Shown in pieces: positions 58,243 through 64,000 of a stretch of DNA of 64,000 bases (position 1 is its first letter; every line of letters begins with the position of its first letter). Origin of the DNA: Octopus vulgaris (taxonomy: Eukaryota); contig OX597815.1 of NCBI GenBank assembly GCA_951406725.2, positions 84,320,001-84,384,000 of the forward strand, in the 5' to 3' direction. The translations under genes were made by a program, and so were the position numbers. Under the pieces are notes generated by a model. That model worked only from the letters and a program-made list of their open reading frames with translations. It ran no database searches and was not told where the DNA came from.

Positions 58243-59171
58243 AATATACATTATAATATATATAATCATGCAATTGTAAACGTATATCATTTATCAGGTA
58301 AAATCTGCTAATGAGCTTTTGAAAAGAAAGTAATAAATATAAAATTTAATTCGTTCATTAATTTCAAATTTTACCAAACTTTCTTCCAGACCTGCCAGTT
58401 CTAGTTTCTATATATAACAAATGAACCACTGTAAAAACGTGACTTATATGTTGTCTTGAATATAAGTACGTCTCAGTATTGCGATTACTTTGCAGAATTT
58501 TCTGTTAGTGCTCTTAATCTTTATTACTTTTCTTCTTCATTTCCTTTTGCCATTCTTTGATACTTTTATATTTTATACCAATTTATCATAAGTGCTTTCG
58601 TTTTCCTTCTTTCACCTTTTGTGCCTTTATGCATATCTGGGAGTGTGCGAGTGTGTGTGTGTGTATGCGTGTGTGTGCATGTATATAGTGAATGAGTGTT
58701 TTGTTCTTAATATATGCCTACATATATATTTTTTTAACAATCAGAACGGTACACTCACATGATCCTAAAAACAGCTGTTTTAGCAAGTCTTTCACGGTTC
58801 TTGGTTCTATCTTCCTGCCCTAGAGCATGTGCGAATCTTCTCCAGGAAAGATTCAGTCTCAGTTTCTGAGTAGTGACGAAACAACTCATTCTCCTTTTCC
58901 TTTTTTTTTTAAGCTCTACTACTTGCAGCCCATTTGCATATCCGAACATGTATACATGTATATAGAAGGATATTGATACATAGACACATGCACGCACGCA
59001 CACATATATACCTCACTACCGTATATATATGTGTGTGTGTGTATGTGTATGTATGCATATATATGTGTGTATGTGTACATACATATATATATATATACAT
59101 ATATATATATATTACATATATATATGATATAAGTGGATATATATATGTATACATAAATATATATATATATA

Positions 59172-59550
59172 CTTTCAATAATAATAAAGGGTAAAATTAA
59201 TTAATAATTAATGATTTTACCAAGTAGTTCAGTATGTTAACATAACCTTTATCGGTAACCTTATACAAACATTTTATAATTATAAGCATACTTATAATTG
59301 GGGTTCACCACATACCGAAATTTAGAAATAGCAATTAAATACTATACCTCTACCATAAGATCTCTCTCAGACAGCAATACTCCCAATTCACATAGGTAAA
59401 GAGAAAGAAATAACGAATCCACTCGGCTTTAATCAACCACATACGCGTTTCTGGAGATGTAAAATTTATTTAAAGAGATGTAAAATTTATATTTTTACTC
59501 ACTTATTTCGTTCTTCAGTGTAGTATTTCAATTGTAAATTTGTAGATACT
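59172..59550 (-). mobile_element. HHR-bearing pseudo-LTR-like element ending at (TA)n; tail related to 48480-48722 (opposite strand)
   Basis: Minus strand 59524-59436: actaca-CTGAAGA-...-GAAAC-gc-GTA-tgtggt, with palindromic ACGCGT and a 6-bp stem I. Shares accacataccgaa, ttcagtatg and aaagggtaaaatta with the reverse complement of 48550-48720. Confidence 0.7.
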
Positions 59551-59561
59551 AATAATTAAAT

Positions 59562-59970
59562 ACGTGGTTGTGTGGTAAGTAGCTTGTGTACCAACCATAT
59601 GGTTCTGGGTTCAGTCCCCCTGCGTGGCACCTTTGGCAAGAGTCTTCTACTATAGCCACGGGCCGACCAAAGCCTTGTGAGTTGATTTGGTAGACGGTAA
59701 CGGAAAGAAGCCCGTCGTATATATGTATGCATATGTTTGTGTGTGTATATGTGTGTATATGTTTGTGTGTCTGTGTTTGTCTCCCCCACCCAACATCGCT
59801 TAACAGCCGATGCTGGTGTGTTTACGTCCCTGTAAGTTAGCGGTTCGGCATAAGAGACGGATAGAATAGATGCTAATCTAACAAAGAATAAGTCCTGGGG
59901 TTGATTAGCTCGATTGAAAGCAGTGCTCCAGCATGGCCGCAGTCAAATGACTGAAACAAGTAAAAGAATA
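59562..59970 (+). mobile_element. Full-length tRNA-derived CORE-type octopus SINE with internal (TG/TA) tract
   Basis: A-box-like gtggttgtgtggtaag, B-box-like gggttcagtccc, CORE-like ggcacctttggcaagagtcttctactatagcc, and tail tgactgaaacaagtaaaaga. Confidence 0.85.
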
Positions 59971-59976
59971 TATATC

Positions 59977-60046
<70 letters not shown>

Positions 60047-60321
60047 TACACACACACATACGCACACACACATAAAGAACGACCTAATTGTCATGAACTG
60101 CGGCTATTAAACCTGTGAATTAATTATATGAAGGAAAATAATCTAAACTGGACATTGCTACCTAAAGAGGTAGTAAACAAATTAACTGGACCGAAACAAC
60201 ATATGCATAAACAACAGAGAACGCTCCCGCATACTATAGAAGAAGGATGTGTCGAGAAGCATAGGCTATCCGAACGAATAGAGTATCCACACAACCGATA
60301 ATGTTTGCAACTTTGTCTGAT

Positions 60322-60411
60322 ATTTGACGGATATTTGTCTTCATCTTGTTTGTTGTTAACACAACGTTTCAGCTTTCATCAGGTGTCTTGGGGAAATTTT
60401 GAACCTGGGTT
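60322..60411 (-). mobile_element. Partial copy of the tRNA/HHR element tail (stem-II-deleted HHR)
   Basis: Minus strand 60387-60358: gacac-CTGATGA-aagct-GAAAC-GTT-gtgtt. Confidence 0.75.
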
Positions 60412-60548
60412 AAAATTAATATGGATGAACCACCTTTATATCCTTAATACCAGACATCAATTACGTAAAATCTGTTTAAGACATCAGATCTATATTTAAT
60501 TTAGATTATTTACATTTGACGGATATTTGTCGTGGTCTTTTTGTTTTT

Positions 60549-60594
60549 AACACAACGTTTCGGCTGATATACCCTCCAACCTTCATCAGGTGTC
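60549..60594 (-). ncRNA. Minimal type I hammerhead ribozyme
   Basis: gacac-CTGATGA-a-ggttg-gagggtatat-cagcc-GAAAC-GTT-gtgtt. 5-bp stem I, 5-bp stem II, palindromic AACGTT in place of stem III. Confidence 0.78.
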
Positions 60595-60694
60595 TTGGGG
60601 AAATTTCGAACCTGGGTTCTCATTCCTAAGGTATTTTTCGATGTTGTTGTTGTTGTTATTATCATTAGTATTATTATTATTATTATTATTATTA

Positions 60695-60753
<59 letters not shown>

Positions 60754-60754
<1 letters not shown>

Positions 60755-61700
60755 TATGTTTGATTTTTGCTTTACATTTGCAGAAGCTCCAAATCTCACC
60801 CAGAGACCTCAAGAGACAACAAGTTGGAGGTTCATGTTGGTGTTATGCCTAGAGTGCCATATATTTGGTTTTGTATTTAGTGTCGTACTAGTGAATGTCT
60901 AAAAAAACATACGAAAATTATGTTTGCTTTAAAATTTGAGATTCCATAGAAAGTATTTTGCGTAGGATATGAGCAGTTTTGAATTTCTGGCATTTTTGGA
61001 CTTCCTGGTATCTGAGTTAGGTAGCAATCAGCCCCTTTTGTTATCATTCCCAGGGCACCTATGACAACAGGTATTGTTTTAGTCTTCAGGTTCCACATTT
61101 TGCTGATTTCTATTTCAAGATCTTTATATTTGCTCAGTTTTTGGTAGGTCTTGACAGATACGTTTATATCGATTGGGTCAGTCATATCAATGAGGGGGCA
61201 TGTTTTTTGTCTGAAGTCTTTCAATATGATGTCTGGCCTATTCGCATCTATCTTTCTGTCAATTTGAATGGTGAAGTTCCAGAGGAGTGAGATGTGATCA
61301 TTTTCAAGAACTGGAGGTGGTTTGTGTTCCCACCAGTTTTTATCATGGGGCAAGTCCAGGCTTTTGCAAATTACCCAGTGAATATATTGTGCAGCTCTAT
61401 CATGCCTGTTGAGGTACGCTGTAGGCGCAAGAAGACTGCACTTGGAGACAACATGATCAATGGTTTCATTTTGTTGTTGGTATACACGACATGTTAGGCT
61501 ACTGCCGTTCTTTAATATGTTGGTCTGGTAGTTCCTTGTAGGTAGGCATTGATCTTGAGCAGCTATGATAAACCCTTCTGTTTCAGATTTTAAACCAGAG
61601 GCCATCAGCCATTGACGGGTTAGGGCTTTATCAACGTCTGCATTATTCGCTCTCTTTAGGCATTTGCGATTAAGAGGTTTTTCTTGCCATTTATCAAACA
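60754..61700 (-). mobile_element. R4/Dong-clade LINE, 5'-truncated, inserted in (TAA)n
   Basis: ORF 60877-61605: LKSETEGFIIAAQDQ, Zn-knuckle CRVY...ETIDHVVSKC, RHD, LLWNF...ANRPDII...LIDM...KLSKYKDL...IPVVIGALG. (TAA)n lies on both sides, matching the known Dong target. Confidence 0.93.
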
Positions 61701-61704
61701 GATG

Positions 61705-61788
<84 letters not shown>

Positions 61789-61858
61789 TCACTGCCTGGA
61801 ATCAAACTCGGAATCTTGGGTTAGTGGCCCGCACTCTTAACCACTACGCCATATTATT

Positions 61859-62005
61859 CAGGCAGTGACCTGAATAATAATAATATCGAAAAATACGTTA
61901 GGAATGAGAACCCAGGCTGGAAATTTCCCCAAGACACCTGATGAAGGCTGAAACGTTGTGTTAACAACAAACAAGATGAGGGCAAAGATCCGTCAAATGT
62001 AAATA
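61859..62005 (+). mobile_element. Inverted 5'-truncated copy of the tRNA/HHR element
   Basis: caggcagtgacctg-aataataataat-atcgaaaaatac...gacac-CTGATGA-aggct-GAAAC-GTT-gtgtt...ccgtcaaatgtaaata, mirroring 60507-60640 plus 61785-61798. Confidence 0.85.
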
Positions 62006-62944
62006 CTGTATCAAGGATAGGAGTATTGGTTAATTTATTTTCAGGTCAGTAATGCAGACCGTATAAATCATGTGAGGCAGTTGTATTTTATGTTGCATTA
62101 AGACACATAAAATACTAAAATATATATCTGGGCTAATTTAAAACGTAATGTATCGTTAAAATGTTGCCCACGCCAGGTTGATAAAACCTTATTGAGAATA
62201 AAATTCCCAAACTTATATACTGTATTACATGATATAAAACTGCATATGCCTTTGTCTCGATTGCACGTCATTGCTCATTCTTAATATCATTTTCGCTGCT
62301 TCCTTCTACATGTATTGTCCTATAACCATCTTATTCAATACAATGCGCTTTACTACTCTTTTGAGCATATTTATTTATTTATTTCCTAAACATCTTGTCA
62401 TTTCCCACTACAGTTTTTTTTATTTTCCTGTATAACTGTTGGTTCCGTTTGTTACAATAATTTATTTTAAATTATTAATATATATTCTTTTTCATATTGT
62501 TTCATATATTAATCTATGACTGGACGTTCTGTTCCACTCAATTTAATGCAAAATTAGTCAATCCATTTAACTGCACGTCTATATTTACTCCTTTCTATTT
62601 TTTTTTCTCGTTTTCCGTTTTTGTATCTTTCATAATCCTCGCCTTGAATTTTTTTCTATCTCATTCTTTTACATATCTTAGCTACTTTGATGTTTATCCC
62701 GACATAAACATCCGATTTAACTAATAAAATAACCCTTTGTGTATACTATTGTGTTGAATACCACCCTCACTTAAATACCGTCCCCTTTTCTCGATACCCC
62801 TTATCTCGCCTAAGCTGTTATATCTGGCATGTTAATCCATTTCCCTAGTAGTATACAGGACTATTTGTCCATTGATAAATTTACTCTATACCTTTTTATA
62901 GGCATTTCAAAATCGGTTACGACACTGTATACCATGGAGGAGGG

Positions 62945-63345
62945 CCTAAGTGGATTACATTGACCAGTACTCCACTGCTACTTATTTTATCGACTTCGAC
63001 TAAATGAAGGCAAAGTCGACTTCGGCGAAATTTGAACTCAGAATGTAATGAACGACAGATGAAAGGCTCTCAAGCATTTTGGCCGGCGTACTAACGATTG
63101 TCAGCTCACTGTAATCTTGGTCTCTAATATTGTTTTCTAATCTTGCCACAAGGCCACCACATTTGAGGAAAGAGATAATCGATTAAATCGATCCCAGTGC
63201 TCAACTAGTACTTATCGATCTTGAAAGGGTGAACGGCAAAGTTGACCACGGCGGAATTTGAGCGCAGAACGAAAAGACGGACGAAATGCTGTTAAGCATT
63301 TTGCTCGGCATGCTAACGATTCTACCAGCTTGCTGCCCTCTCCGC
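62945..63345 (-). mobile_element. Two tandem diverged tRNA-derived SINE units
   Basis: Two copies of ggcaaagt(c/t)gac...cggcg(a/g)aatttga...aagcatttt...ctaacgatt. Confidence 0.8.
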
Positions 63346-64000
63346 CTTTATTATCAAGATATGATAAGATTTATAATACTCCATTGTTAACAATTCATAA
63401 AGAATATTAATTGGGATGAAGGAAAAAAAATTCCAAACTTCATGCAAACTAACACCAATACAGTGATATATTGTCTGTTGGATGTCACTGGGCAAATGCA
63501 TATGAGTTTTTTTATTAAAAGAAAACAATCTATATATTTCACACTATAAATAAGAATAATAGTTTTAGCATGAAAGTGTGCAGGGACAATTTGTTTGGAA
63601 TTTGAAAGTATACAGAATACAATGATAATACATATGAATTTTCAAGCATGTGTCTTTGTGCTTGTGTGTGTGAGTGTGTAGTGAGTGCGAGCGTGTTTCT
63701 ACAAAAGTTAATGTAGCATTGCTTGAGGCCAATCAAAGATAACATTTGTCGTAAAAAGAAATTCTCAAGTACTACGTTTCATAGAATTGTAGTATTCACG
63801 AAACATTTATAATTTCCGTAAAACTTGGCGAATTGTAATAACTACAAAAGGAAATGTAGTATCGCAGTATTGTATTTTTGATATAAGGAGATTATTGTGA
63901 ATGCTTGTCCCATTATCTGTGTGTGTGTGCGTGTGTATGTGTGTGTGTGTGTGCGGGCTTGTATGTGTCCGCGTGTGTACATATACATATGCATATATTG

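Larger units (their letters stand above)
60507..61854 (-). mobile_element. tRNA-headed, (TAA)n-spaced, hammerhead-tailed SINE/retrozyme-like element, interrupted by a Dong LINE
   Basis: Head 61854-61785: atatggcgtagtggttaagagtgcgggccactaacccaagattccgagtttgattccaggcagtgacctg (A box TGGCGTAGTGG, B box GAGTTTGATTCC). Then (TAA)n, then tail 60640-60507 with an HHR. The uninterrupted head-end/TAA/tail junction is visible in the inverted copy at 61859-62005. Confidence 0.8.

Noticed and set aside
61785-61854. Possible tRNA gene on the minus strand
   Set aside because: A and B boxes are present but there is no complete cloverleaf or acceptor stem, and it is joined to a repeat body, so it is treated as a SINE head.

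Overview
AT-rich, microsatellite-saturated eukaryotic intergenic or intronic DNA. The SINE families and overall composition strongly suggest an octopus (coleoid cephalopod) genome; this is inferred from recognised repeats, not from a database hit. I found no supportable host gene, and most long ORFs are microsatellite artefacts. The window is a transposon graveyard: R4/Dong-type RLE LINE fragments (one inserted in TAA repeats), CR1-type and RTE LINE fragments, Penelope-like remains (a GIY-YIG ORF and a decayed RT), mariner relics, a non-autonomous Helitron with canonical ends, and many tRNA-derived SINEs, some multimeric under one TSD. The most notable hidden signal is about 16 minimal type-I hammerhead-ribozyme (HHR) motifs, of the form stem I-CUGANGA-stem II-GAAA-short or palindromic stem III-NUH-stem I. 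They lie in several short non-coding elements that mostly abut (TA)n and often form fold-backs. They include a tRNA-headed, (TAA)n-spaced, HHR-tailed SINE/retrozyme-like element whose spacer hosts a Dong LINE, and a three-copy family with a fixed non-canonical CUGUNGA core.
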